64,000 nucleotides of DNA, from positions 7,564,001 through 7,628,000 of the forward strand of contig NW_026262690.1 in assembly GCF_021869535.1 (NCBI RefSeq), read 5' to 3'. Below are positions 25,921 through 37,050 of the stretch, one piece after another (the first letter of the stretch is position 1; the number at the start of each line of letters is the position of its first letter). This stretch comes from Mytilus californianus. Lineage: Eukaryota. The translations under genes were made by a program, and so were the position numbers. The notes under the pieces were generated by a model. The model was not told the DNA's origin and made no database searches. It was given only the letters and a program-made list of their open reading frames with translations.

Positions 25921-28868
25921 ATACTGACAAAAATACCACGTTATTATACTATATGGTTACATTGATATGTATGTACTCGTATCACATGATCAGATTAAAA
26001 ATAGGATTGTTAGTAGAGTATAGTATGTACTGATATGGTGTCATTGTAAAGTGATAGGATTCTGTGTCACGAGAGTAAATATTGATGTCCACATCGGTAT
26101 GCTACATCAAACCTGATAAATCATTGGAAGTTATGCAGAGAAAGTAGGAAACAATTCAAGAAAAGATTATTTGGATGCACTAGACAGTAACTAAGGTTTT
26201 ACTTTGTTAGAACAACTATTCTTATGATCCAATTAAGTTCATCATTCTTTTGTAAGGTAAAAGTTATATGTTATACTTAATCTTATATTAAGAAGAGAAA
26301 ATATATTTTGATACTTTTACAGGAAGTTGAAATGAAAGACATTTTTAGAATTATTATAAAACAGCAAAAAAAAAAAACAAACAATTCCCCTCCCAACATA
26401 AATATATAAACTTTTTTCATTTTATAATATACAGAAAATATTAGATCGACTCTTAACATGAATGAATCTGAGGTATCTTTTATTCAAAATATGGGACGTG
26501 TTACAGACGTATATAGAAAAGGGTTTTGCCCTGATGGAAAACAGTGGATGTTCATAGTTTTACTATTAATTTTTATGATGTCCGTTTTAGCAAATATTGC
26601 AAGACCTCAGATTGAAACATTGCATCAACTGAATTCTCCGTTTTGTTGGAGTTCTGTTAAAATTGGCTGGTATGGTTCCATGAGATTAGGATTATCAAAT
26701 GTTGGAAATCTTGCTATGATCTATCTGTTTCATCTTTGTACGACGGACGAATATATCGTTTTAGCCAATATGCTGACTTCCTTGGTATCATTAACTATAG
26801 AAGGACTAGCCACAAACGACTTCATGTTATACTTAGGTAATTGTTATTTCATCAATTTCACTTCAAACAAAAGAAACAATACACGAACATTTGTTTTGCT
26901 GTCACTAATTTTTGCGTCTACAACTTAAATTTGAGTTTATTGAGTTATTTATAAGATATATATAGACAAAAACATAAATTAGATTTCAATTCAAGAACAT
27001 AAGTTTACTAATATACTGACAAAAATACCACGTTATTATACTATATGGTTACATTGATATGTATTTACTCGTATCACATGATCAGATTAAAAATATGATT
27101 GTTATTAGAGTATAGTATGTACTGATATGGTGTCATTGTAAAGTGATAGGATTCTGTGTCACGAGAGTAAATATTGATGTCCACATCGGTATGCTACATC
27201 ACACCTGATAAATCATTGGAAGTTATGCAGAGAAAGTAGGAAACAATTCAAGAAAAGATGATTTGGATGCACTAGACAGTAACTAAGGTTTTACTTTGTT
27301 AGAACAAATATTCTTATGATCCAATTAAGTTCATCATTCTTTTGTAAGGTAAAAGTTATATGTTATACTTTATCTTATTTTAAGGAGAGGAAATATATTT
27401 TGATACTTTTACAGGAAGTTGAAATAAAAGACATTTTAAGAATTATTATAAAACAGCGAAAAACAATTCCCCTCCCAACACAAATATAAACTTTTTATTC
27501 TTCATTTTATAATATACAGAAAATATTAGATCGACTCTTAACATGAATGAATCTGAAGAAAAACCTCTTCTACAAACAAAGGAAAGACAAAAGAATGCAG
27601 CGATTAATCTTGGGATGCCAAGGTGGCTAGCTTTAAGTTTATCTATGCTGGTAACAGCACTTCACATGAGTTCAGTGGTTTTAACTATGTATGTGATGAA
27701 CCAGTATTCATATCAAGCTTATATAAAGGAAAAATATCCCACTTCATCACATAAATCCACCGGAGGTCAATCAGCATGTGAGCTGAACACAAGCACGATA
27801 AAATATAAAGAACAAGTCGTTATACAAAAACTTGCATCAGAATTAAATATTTATTGTAGTCTTGCTACCTACAACGTGATCGGTGTGATTTTTACTCTAA
27901 ATTTAGCAACGTACAGCGATGTTCACGGAAGAAAACTGTTCTTCATTGCGCCTTTTATAGGAACATTATTGAAAACGCTTCTTTGCACAATCACCATCAA
28001 TTTCAATCTCAAGTTAGAATGGATCTTTTATTTTTTTGTATAGAAGGATGTACCGGGACCTGTGTTTCAACTTTGAGTATGGCATATAGCTTCATGGCAG
28101 ATCTAACGGAACCCGGAAAACTTCGGACGTTTGTTATTGGTGTTTTTGAAACGTGCTTGGGACTTTCTGCTTTCATTACTACAATGGTGTCCGGATATCT
28201 TATAAAATGGACAGATGGTTTCTTCTATCCTGCCCTTATATCAACTGCTATGGTTCTTACATGACTTGTAGTAGTCATTTTTATACTTCCAGATACACTC
28301 CATGATTCCAAAAAGCGCTCTGAGGTATCTTTTATTCAAAATATGGGACGTGTTACAGACGTATATAGAAAAGGGTTTTCCCCTGATGGAAAACAGTGGA
28401 TGTTCATAATTTTACTATTAATTTTTTATGATGTCCGTTTTAGCAAATATTGCAAGACCTCAGATTGAAACATTGTATCAACTGAATTCTCCGTTTTGTT
28501 GGAGTTCTGTTAAGACTGGCTGGTATGGTTCCATGAGATTAGGATTATCAAATGTTGGAAATATTGCTATGATCTATCTGTTTCATCTTTGTACGACGGA
28601 CGAATATATCGTTTTAGCCAGTATGCTGACTTCCTTGGTATCATTAACTATAGAAGGACTAGCCACAAACGACTTCATGTTATACTTAGGTAATTGTTAT
28701 TTCATCAATTTCACTTCAAACAAAAGAAACAATACACGAACATTTGTTTTGCTGTCACTAATTTTTGCGTCTACAACTTAAATTTGAGTTTATTGAGTTA
28801 TTTATAAGATATATATAGACAAAAAACATCAATTAGATTTCAATTTAAGAACATAAGTTGACTAATAT
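25921..28868 (+). repeat. Tandem duplication of the copy C first-exon region (unit 1 ~25921-27012, unit 2 ~27013-28868)
   Basis: Near-identical upstream intron, acceptor, ATG context, exon 3' part, donor and downstream intron. Unit 1 lacks 767 bp of coding sequence. Confidence 0.9.
26458..26836 (+). CDS. SLC46A-like: Shortened duplicate of the copy C first coding exon (in-frame internal deletion; C-lobe TM segments only)
   Basis: MNESE|VSFIQNMGRVTDVYRKG..NSPFCW..FMLYLG is open with no stops. It keeps the acceptor (ACAG| at 26434) and donor (G|GTAAT at 26837). Expression is unproven. Confidence 0.5.
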
Positions 28869-29182
28869 AAACATATAAAAGTCGTCATACGGCTCCCTAC
28901 AATGGACACGTCCTACATTTTATGACAGGGTTTAAATTGCGTTAGTCTACGAATGGCGTAAATAAATTAAAAGAAGGTTTTATCCACCATTTTTCATCGG
29001 AAAATGCCTGTATCAATAACTCATCAAAGAGAGCAGGCTGATAATTTGACATGCGAGGTTCGCGATTTGCCTACCTAAGACTCATTACTGTGTCTCGAAT
29101 CAAAACAGACGGAAGGCCAGATCAAATACGACATTTGTTTTTTTAGTCGTTCTGTTGGCTGATATTATCGATTGTTTGGTCT

Positions 29183-29939
29183 TGTAATGTTTATTGGTCG
29201 TTATGGTTACAAACAAGAAGAACCTTGTTGTATCAATACATGTTTCACGCAGAAGGAAGCGTTGTGTCGATTTAGACGTTTGGCGGGAAAGTCAGTGGTT
29301 GGGTCCAAGGGTATGGGGGTGTTTGAGAGGGAATCTTGTGTTCGGTATCGGGAACATTTAGAGAACACCCCTATCCAGTAAATATTGTACTCGCCCTGGG
29401 GTATATAAGCGGGTGAGGAATAGAATTCGGGTTCTGTCGATATTCTCATTAAGAAGACCAGTGTACAAGAGTAAGGCACGTTACATAGCTGTAATTAAGT
29501 GATATTGTCGAGGACAACTTGTACTGGGGACAACTTGTACTGGGGTACAAGTTGGTCTAACATAGGAAGTTGGCAGAGCAGACTGTCCCATACGGAGGAC
29601 GGACTGCAATAACCCGCACTGTCTGGTAGTGACAGACTGTCCCACTCGGAGGACAGCTGTACCAGCAGCATTATCTGGTATTGACAGACTGAACCAGCCA
29701 CACTGTCTTGTAGTGACAGACCGTCCCATCTGGAGGACAGGCTGTAAGATTGTATTATATTTGTATATATATAATTGTTAGTCGTTATTTTATATCGGCA
29801 AAGAGCCCGTGTGTATATTTTAGTTCATTGTGTATAACATAGATAGTTAATAGTATTGCCGTATTGTTTGTGTACAACTTGGATCCAAGAAATTACTGAA
29901 ACGGACGTTTGGGATATAAACGCCTGGTTACACGTTACA
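29183..29939 (+). mobile_element. 5' LTR of G2
   Basis: Matches 32519-33275 except for two transitions seen by eye (29417/32753 and 29899/33235). Contains short internal tandem repeats. Confidence 0.97.
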
Positions 29940-29943
29940 TATT

Positions 29944-29965
29944 TGGTGGCTAGCGGTTGGGATTC
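29944..29965 (+). promoter_or_regulatory. Primer-binding site of G2 (tRNA-Leu-like, imperfect)
   Basis: TGGTGGCTAGCGGTTGGGATTC versus the tRNA-Leu complement TGGTGGCAGCGGTGGGATTC (two extra bases), 4 nt after the LTR. Confidence 0.75.
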
Positions 29966-30164
29966 AAGTTGTCTATTGAACACTTTTTGATTGATTGATC
30001 GTCATTTAATTTATTGTCAGTTGACATCAGTATTTATTTAAAGGATTAAAGTAATTCAACCGTGAGACATAGTTGTAGTTCACGGCTGAGTTGTAACACG
30101 AGTGTATTATTTAATAAAAGATTATAACACTATAATTGTTTTATTTGAATTGCACTATACTGCA

Positions 30165-32423
30165 ATGGATATGTCAAATATTGACGATCAAATTGCTGAA
30201 ATAAGTAGACAAATACAGTCTCTTAGTGAAAGCACAATACAACATGGACAAGGTTTTATATCTTCTACACCTAGAGATCAGGGTATACGTCCAAAGGTTG
30301 TTGAAAATAAAGAACATGATTCTGGCGTAGTGACGACAGGGCCGTCTCTATCAACACCTGTAGGATTGGCCGTGGGAGATACACTACCTTTGCCAGATGA
30401 GGATATTATATCAAATCCTCACATGAGTACTAGAAAATCCATGGGGCAAGATAAACAGTATTTAACAAAAAATCAAAGTACTGCTCATACTGTTTGCTCT
30501 GGTTCGAATGATGTTAAAATCAAACCATCAAAATATGATGGCAGTACTTCTTGGATGGATTACTTAGCACACTTTGAGATGTGTACCCTAGTTAATATGT
30601 GGTCTGAACACCAGAAAGGTTTGTACTTGGCCGTGTCACTGATTGGACAGGCTCAATCAGTCCTTGGTGATTTACCAAAGGAAAAGAGACACATATTTTC
30701 AGACCTAGTAAACGCACTAGAGGAACGCTTTGATCCATCTGGTCAAACGGAACTCTATCGTGTTCAATTCAAGGAATGTCGACAAAAAGCAAGCGAGACT
30801 TTGCCGGGGTTAGGTCAGTCAGTACGAAGATTTTCTAATCTGGCCTACCCGACTGCTCCGTTAGAATTAAGGGACACGCTCGCCAAAGAACAATTTATAG
30901 ATGCGTTAGTAGACTTCGAAATGAGACTGAGAATTAAACATTCTCGTCCAAAAGTTCTCAATGATGCTATACGGTTGGCAGTTGAGCTTGAAGCTTATAA
31001 CACGGCTGAGAGCAAAACACTGAAAAGTATGGGTCATTTACGACAGACTACTAGTGACGAACGGACAGACGCACCTAATAGTCTTGATACGGCTGTATCT
31101 ATGGAACAAATGACGACGTGGATGCAGACGATTGAAAATAATTTACTGTCCTTAACAAAAGAGATTAAAGATTTACCAAGGGAGAAGATAAATAGCGCAC
31201 AAAGTAAAGGAAACAGTTGTGGTCCCTGTTTTAGTTGTGGAGAAATAGGACACTTTGCAAGAAATTGTCCCAATAGAATTAAGATACAAAGTACTCGGGG
31301 AACAGATAACAACAGAACATATACGGACGGATCGGTTAATACACTGAAGTCTGAAGTTAAGTCTTCAAACAATGACAAAGGCGCTGTTGTTGTTTCAGCA
31401 TCAGAGGATGCAAGAATGTTTGTTGAGTTGAGCATTCAAGATGTACCAGTCAAGTTTGTGGTTGATACGGGAGCTACGATAACTTTAGTCTCTTCGAGAG
31501 TGTATGATTTAATTCCTGACTTGTGTAGGCCACATCTGAGTAAAACTAGGTCACAGATTAATTCCGTCTGTGACAAATATCTAAGCCTTCGAGGTAAAAG
31601 TAGTTTTAAAATGGATTTTGGTAAAGAGAAGTTTACTTCAGAGGCCGTTGTAACTGACCTACAAGTAGATGGTATTCTAGGTTTAGACTTTATGAAGAAA
31701 AATAAGTGTTTGATTGACGTGTCTGCTAACTTATTACACATCGATAACTTTAGGGTTCCTCTAAATTTTCAAGGTACCCAACGTAGAAATGCTGACGCAT
31801 TAAGTAGTGCTCCAGGCAAACCACGTCGGTTAACATCAGACAGTCAGTCAAACATGAGCAGTGCTTGTTCTAAGAAGGAACATAGCCATGCCAAAATCGT
31901 AACCAGTCAGATGCCTGACAATGGCAAAGAATTGACTCTAATGGAACTACAATCAAATGACTCGGACCTTAAACTTGTTAATCGGTGGCTGACAGAGGGT
32001 CATAGGCCACAATACAACGAGGTATCCGGTAAGGGATTCTTTATAAGGTCATTATGGAGTCAGTTTGATAGTTTAGAGCTCCAAGAGGATATAGTAGTTA
32101 GAAGCTTCAATGACCTAGAACTGAACGTTGCAAAATTACAAGCGGCAATTCCAATGTCGGAGCGCAAACAAGTATTAGAATACTGTCATGACACAAAGTA
32201 TGCTGGTCACTTAGGTATTCATAAAACTCGAGAGAAAATGCGCCAGTCTTACTATTGGCCTGGTTTGCAATCTGACGTTAGGGCATATGTTGCTAGTTGC
32301 AATAAGTGTACTAGGAGAAACCACCCAATGAAAAAGAATCGTGCCTCAATGAGATTAGAGGAGGAAAATGGTCGTCATAAGAGTAAGAGACCAGCCTGGA
32401 TGGCTGATCGTGAAATTGAATAA
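30165..32423 (+). CDS. Gag-protease-integrase zinc-domain fusion ORF lacking RT, RNase H and the integrase core (~752 aa from ATG 30165)
   Basis: Gag (KYDGSTSWMDYLAHF), CCHC knuckle CFSCGEIGHFARNC, protease VVDTGAT..GILGLDF, then directly the RNase H tail NADALS, the IN HHCC domain (HDTKYAGH..CNKC) and a terminal KRPAW motif. Confidence 0.9.
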   Translation: MDMSNIDDQIAEISRQIQSLSESTIQHGQGFISSTPRDQGIRPKVVENKEHDSGVVTTGPSLSTPVGLAVGDTLPLPDEDIISNPHMSTRKSMGQDKQYLTKNQSTAHTVCSGSNDVKIKPSKYDGSTSWMDYLAHFEMCTLVNMWSEHQKGLYLAVSLIGQAQSVLGDLPKEKRHIFSDLVNALEERFDPSGQTELYRVQFKECRQKASETLPGLGQSVRRFSNLAYPTAPLELRDTLAKEQFIDALVDFEMRLRIKHSRPKVLNDAIRLAVELEAYNTAESKTLKSMGHLRQTTSDERTDAPNSLDTAVSMEQMTTWMQTIENNLLSLTKEIKDLPREKINSAQSKGNSCGPCFSCGEIGHFARNCPNRIKIQSTRGTDNNRTYTDGSVNTLKSEVKSSNNDKGAVVVSASEDARMFVELSIQDVPVKFVVDTGATITLVSSRVYDLIPDLCRPHLSKTRSQINSVCDKYLSLRGKSSFKMDFGKEKFTSEAVVTDLQVDGILGLDFMKKNKCLIDVSANLLHIDNFRVPLNFQGTQRRNADALSSAPGKPRRLTSDSQSNMSSACSKKEHSHAKIVTSQMPDNGKELTLMELQSNDSDLKLVNRWLTEGHRPQYNEVSGKGFFIRSLWSQFDSLELQEDIVVRSFNDLELNVAKLQAAIPMSERKQVLEYCHDTKYAGHLGIHKTREKMRQSYYWPGLQSDVRAYVASCNKCTRRNHPMKKNRASMRLEEENGRHKSKRPAWMADREIE

Positions 32424-32500
32424 AGTCAAGATTGTGTACATATATTTATGGATGAATTTTGTTTTGTAATTGTAATGTTTATATCATGCGGGACGCATGT

Positions 32501-32518
32501 AGATTAAGGCGTGGGTTA
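32501..32518 (+). promoter_or_regulatory. Polypurine-tract equivalent of G2
   Basis: AGATTAAGGCGTGGGTTA directly before the 3' LTR. The same GGCGTGGGT core precedes the G1-family 3' LTR. Confidence 0.7.
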
Positions 32519-33275
32519 TGTAATGTTTATTGGTCGTTATGGTTACAAACAAGAAGAACCTTGTTGTATCAATACATGTTTCACGCAGAAGGAAGCGTTG
32601 TGTCGATTTAGACGTTTGGCGGGAAAGTCAGTGGTTGGGTCCAAGGGTATGGGGGTGTTTGAGAGGGAATCTTGTGTTCGGTATCGGGAACATTTAGAGA
32701 ACACCCCTATCCAGTAAATATTGTACTCGCCCTGGGGTATATAAGCGGGTGAAGAATAGAATTCGGGTTCTGTCGATATTCTCATTAAGAAGACCAGTGT
32801 ACAAGAGTAAGGCACGTTACATAGCTGTAATTAAGTGATATTGTCGAGGACAACTTGTACTGGGGACAACTTGTACTGGGGTACAAGTTGGTCTAACATA
32901 GGAAGTTGGCAGAGCAGACTGTCCCATACGGAGGACGGACTGCAATAACCCGCACTGTCTGGTAGTGACAGACTGTCCCACTCGGAGGACAGCTGTACCA
33001 GCAGCATTATCTGGTATTGACAGACTGAACCAGCCACACTGTCTTGTAGTGACAGACCGTCCCATCTGGAGGACAGGCTGTAAGATTGTATTATATTTGT
33101 ATATATATAATTGTTAGTCGTTATTTTATATCGGCAAAGAGCCCGTGTGTATATTTTAGTTCATTGTGTATAACATAGATAGTTAATAGTATTGCCGTAT
33201 TGTTTGTGTACAACTTGGATCCAAGAAATTACTGGAACGGACGTTTGGGATATAAACGCCTGGTTACACGTTACA
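32519..33275 (+). mobile_element. 3' LTR of G2
   Basis: Near-identical copy of 29183-29939, followed by TSD GTCT. Confidence 0.97.
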
Positions 33276-36200
33276 GTCTTGTCAGTTTTGAAGGACTTTC
33301 CCCTTCTTACTTTGGAGATTTTACTTTTTTTTAAACATGGAAGACCAAGTTTCTGATACAAAAGTCAAAAACTAAAAGACGAAACAGACATACACATTAG
33401 TAGTGGAATTGAATTAGATTTGGAAAAACCACATTTTCTCCCATTTTTCTTAATTAATCTAGAAGCATAAAAATGCAGGTGCATGCACACCTTTTTCTTA
33501 AGGTTTAAGACTAAAGTGTAGTTAGTTTCTTACGTGTCTAAATATATTTAAAACAGAGGCCGAAGACACTGAAGGGGCAATAATAAATCCTGCGTTTAAG
33601 AAAAACCGAAGGAAGGGTAATCAGATGTCACCCATCGTGTTACTTATGACAAGTAGAAATTCCTTGAACAGTTTTCTTTGCAAATATTAAAATGATGAAC
33701 TTTAACAATTTGAAAGAATTATAAAGGTCCTCATGTATTGATTCATTCCAGGTTTAACAATTTTGGTTTTGAACGTTCTTGATGAAAATAAACCCAGAAA
33801 AGCGCTTTAAACAGATCAAATTGATAAAGTGATATCTTCATTTTGATAGTGATGGATCCTTTCATCTGTTTATTGTTTATACATTCTTGTTTCAATATTG
33901 ATGTTGGCTGTTAAATTTGAAACAAAACATTATATCATTTTGTTGAAAGCCTTAGGTACCGGTGTTGGTAGTTCTCTTGGTATGGCAATGAGTAGAGCAA
34001 TCATGTCTAGGATAACTCCAGATAATAAACAAGGTAAGTTATATGATACATAAGTATAAGATTTCAAATCCAGGCCTTCTTTTACTAGGGGAGTCCCTGT
34101 AATTTAGGGTAAAGATTCATTTATGATAATGGCTATTTAAGGGTTTGTTCTAGGTTAGGGTTACATTTTAAGGTTATAGTAAGTGTTCTGGTTAGTTTTG
34201 GGTTATGTTATTTTAAGTAAAGGATAGTTTAGTGTAGCTGTATATAGGCTTGCACTACTAAAGTAAAAGAAGGCCTAAATTATGTCCAAAGGCAGTTAGT
34301 TATCTGTTAAACTGGTTTACAGCTATTGTACTGTGTATGAATATTGTTAAAAAAAAGCAACCAAGAACTTTAAATTTCATTTAAACTGATGTGACAACAT
34401 TGACTTAAGTGCAAATGTCCTCAACTGTCTTGAAACGAACTTTAACAGAATGTCATTATTTTCAACTTAAGCTGAGAAAATATTCATTCCATCAGTGAGG
34501 TATTGTTGTTTGTTTTGGTTAATTACCTAATTTCGTCTTTCTTGTATAGTTAAGCCTTATCAACATCACCATATATGTTATGCTTTCATAATATTGCAAA
34601 ATGAATTCATCCTTGTCAAAAGTATTAAATGCTGTAATTAAGACTAATTTTCGCTTTGAAAAAATAATCTGTTGCCAGATAAACAAATTTCTGTGTTTAT
34701 TTTATGTTTGCCTTCTTTCTAAAAAAAATGGTAATTCTTTATCAAAAGATACTATGGAATCAAAAGATTTGTTACAATATATGTTTCAGGATTACTTACA
34801 AATACTAACAAGGTTTGGTATACTACTAATGTTTAACGAGGTTGTGATGAGGTAATGGTATTTTCTGTATCCAACTAACAAATATTAGAATTTTCAATAA
34901 AGCCCGATGATATTAAAAAAACATATACAGTGTCGTAATATAAGTATTTTACTTCCATCATTTAGGTTCAGTTTTTGCCGGAGTAGCTGTACCTAAAATT
35001 GTATTTAGTTTAGCCAGTAGTTTTGGAGCAAATGCAATTTATGATGTTACCGTTTCAATATATAGAGGACTCACATTTTCATCATGGCAGGATATGGCTT
35101 CATAGGAATTATTCCATGTCTGTAAGTTATATTTGTTAGGCCGAGACATTGTAGAATGAAAAATTAACAATTCAAACTTCAAGGAATATTCTTTTATGAA
35201 CTTTGCCTGTTTATGTACAAAAACTTAATGAAATAAATCTTCGAAACATGACTTGTCATATCCAGAAACACAAAAACCATCTTTTAACATGATTGTTTTT
35301 AATTATGATTCTATCTGGTGACTGATGTAGATTGACCTGAGAAAAAAGAAAGTATTTTATAAATAAGCCAGAAAATAACAAAGGGATAATATTACACTTT
35401 TTAATTCTCTATAACGTGGAACCTTTGCCAAATTCCAAAATCATAAAACTGCAAAACTCGAATCTCTCAAGTAGAAATTGTGAAATAGTTTTTAAAATAA
35501 CGACTACTCAGTGAAAAATTAATCCCGGCTATAGCAGTAATTTAATGTAAAACTTGTTAATTTTGAAGAATGCATGATGATATTCAATTTTTGGTATTTA
35601 TCTAACATTCTTATTTGATTTTATATAGTATTCAGGATTTAAGACCTCTTCGGTATCAATTCAGAAACACAGAACCTAAAATTTTACTGCGTTTAGTTAA
35701 GCATCAAAGTGATAAATATGTTTTCATTCTTTCCTTTCTATCCAGTCTATGCTTTCTTTTCTACGACGAACTTCTGGAATCATTTTACCATAGTGAATAC
35801 ATAATACCCTTTATATATGTATTCCTTATTCTTAACGTAAGGTACCAGCCTTGTATTACAAATCCAGTTTCCAGTGCACGTCAAACATGGAGTGAAATGA
35901 AAGTCCATTTTTTTTGAATTTTTTTCTGGAGTCAATTTTTTCCGTTTGATTAAAAGTTTATTTAGCTGAATTAAAACATCTATTGAGGTGTAAAAAAATG
36001 TTGCATCTTTTGCGGAATATCACGTTTACTGGAAGTGGTGCGGCCTAGTAAAAACAGCAAACAGAAAGTGGAAAAAAGTAGTTTTGACTTCAGGGTTTCA
36101 TAACTTTTTTATTCTTTCGTGACATGTTGCACTTTTTTCCCATTAAATTACAATTTCACATTTCTACATACATGATATGTGGTATTTTATTTTTTTAAAA

Positions 36201-36289
36201 ATTTTAAAGATCAGCTGATTTGCACGTAAGCCTATGGGGCAGTCAATTACAACTGCAACCTTCATCACGATGCTTGATCTTTTGAAATT

Positions 36290-37050
36290 TACAAAATATT
36301 TGTTACATTTGGAGGACACGTATTTAACAAACAATCGGCATTCCTCTTTTTCGATTTTTTCTTTTACTCATTTCATGCAAAGCTCATACTGATGCTCCTG
36401 AATAAGAATGAAAAGAAACTAGCATTATCAACTTAACGTTCCGCTTTATAAATGATGTTCTTATACTACATAATTCAAGTTGGTTATCTAATAGAACTTG
36501 AAATAAAGGAGACCACAGATAAATGTATATCTGCCTCATATCTGGATTTACATCTAGAAATTAACAATGAGGGTTTGTTGAGAACAAAACTTTACGACAA
36601 AACGTACAATTTTAGCTCCCGCATTTTGAACTTTCCGTTTGTATGTAGCACAATTCCAGCATTGCCTGTATTTGGAGTCAATAGCTTCCTGTTGATATTC
36701 CAGAGTTGTAGGTTTGGGTACCTATCATGATTTCCTTAGAATAGGGATGTTATCTACAAGGAGGCTATTGAGCTAAGGCTTTCAAGTGACAAAGTTAAAG
36801 TAATCCCTTTGAAAGTTTTACGAACGCCATCACTAGTTGATTGACCGTTATGGAATATAGGTGATATAAATGAAAACGGATATATTCCAATTGTACCCAC
36901 AATCCTGTACTTTTTTCTTCGATTGTGAAATCATCAAATAAGACTTATTACCGAATTTGTACTTACCATGAGAAATATGACGGGTAAAAATAGGGCAGCA
37001 GGATCTGCTTACCCTTTCAGACCACCTGATCAACCCCAGGTTTTGGTGGT
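36290..37050 (+). mobile_element. Old degenerate Naiad/Penelope-like RT C-terminal fragment
   Basis: ELEIKETTD..SASYLDLHLEINNEGLLRTKLYDK..NFPFVCSTIP, followed by a tail similar to 4720-4990 in reverse. Confidence 0.8.

Larger units (their letters stand above)
29183..33275 (+). mobile_element. Young, internally deleted (non-autonomous) Ty3/Gypsy LTR retrotransposon G2 in intron 1 of copy C
   Basis: 757-bp LTRs, TG..CA ends, 4-bp TSD GTCT (29179-29182 and 33276-33279), PBS, PPT and one uninterrupted ORF. Confidence 0.97.
27543..35121 (+). pseudogene. SLC46A-like: SLC46-family MFS transporter copy C (exons 27543-28689, 33950-34033, 34966-35121; last exon not identified)
   Basis: MNESEEKPLL..YSDVHGRK..IEGCTG..FMADLTEPGK..VFETCLG..NSPFCW; 84-bp exon 2; exon 3 is 156 instead of 157 bp. 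Lesions: -1 at ~28031-28038, in-frame TGA at 28262-28264, -1 at ~35076-35079. Confidence 0.85.

Noticed and set aside
7708-28264. In-frame TGA codons in copies A (~7710) and C (28262-28264) as selenocysteine or readthrough; also Sec recoding in the Naiad, which is reported for some clam Naiads
   Set aside because: Both TGAs align to Gly codons in copy B (simple GGA>TGA), lie in genes with other lesions, and no SECIS was recognised. The 430-codon Naiad ORF has no in-frame TGA.
31034-31741. Antisense ORFs over G2 (and similar ones over pol, RT and the MFS exons)
   Set aside because: Shadow ORFs opposite genuine coding frames, with no recognisable motifs.
35615-35917. ORF as the last exon of copy C
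   Set aside because: An acceptor is possible, but there is no similarity to exon 4 of copy B; unsupported.
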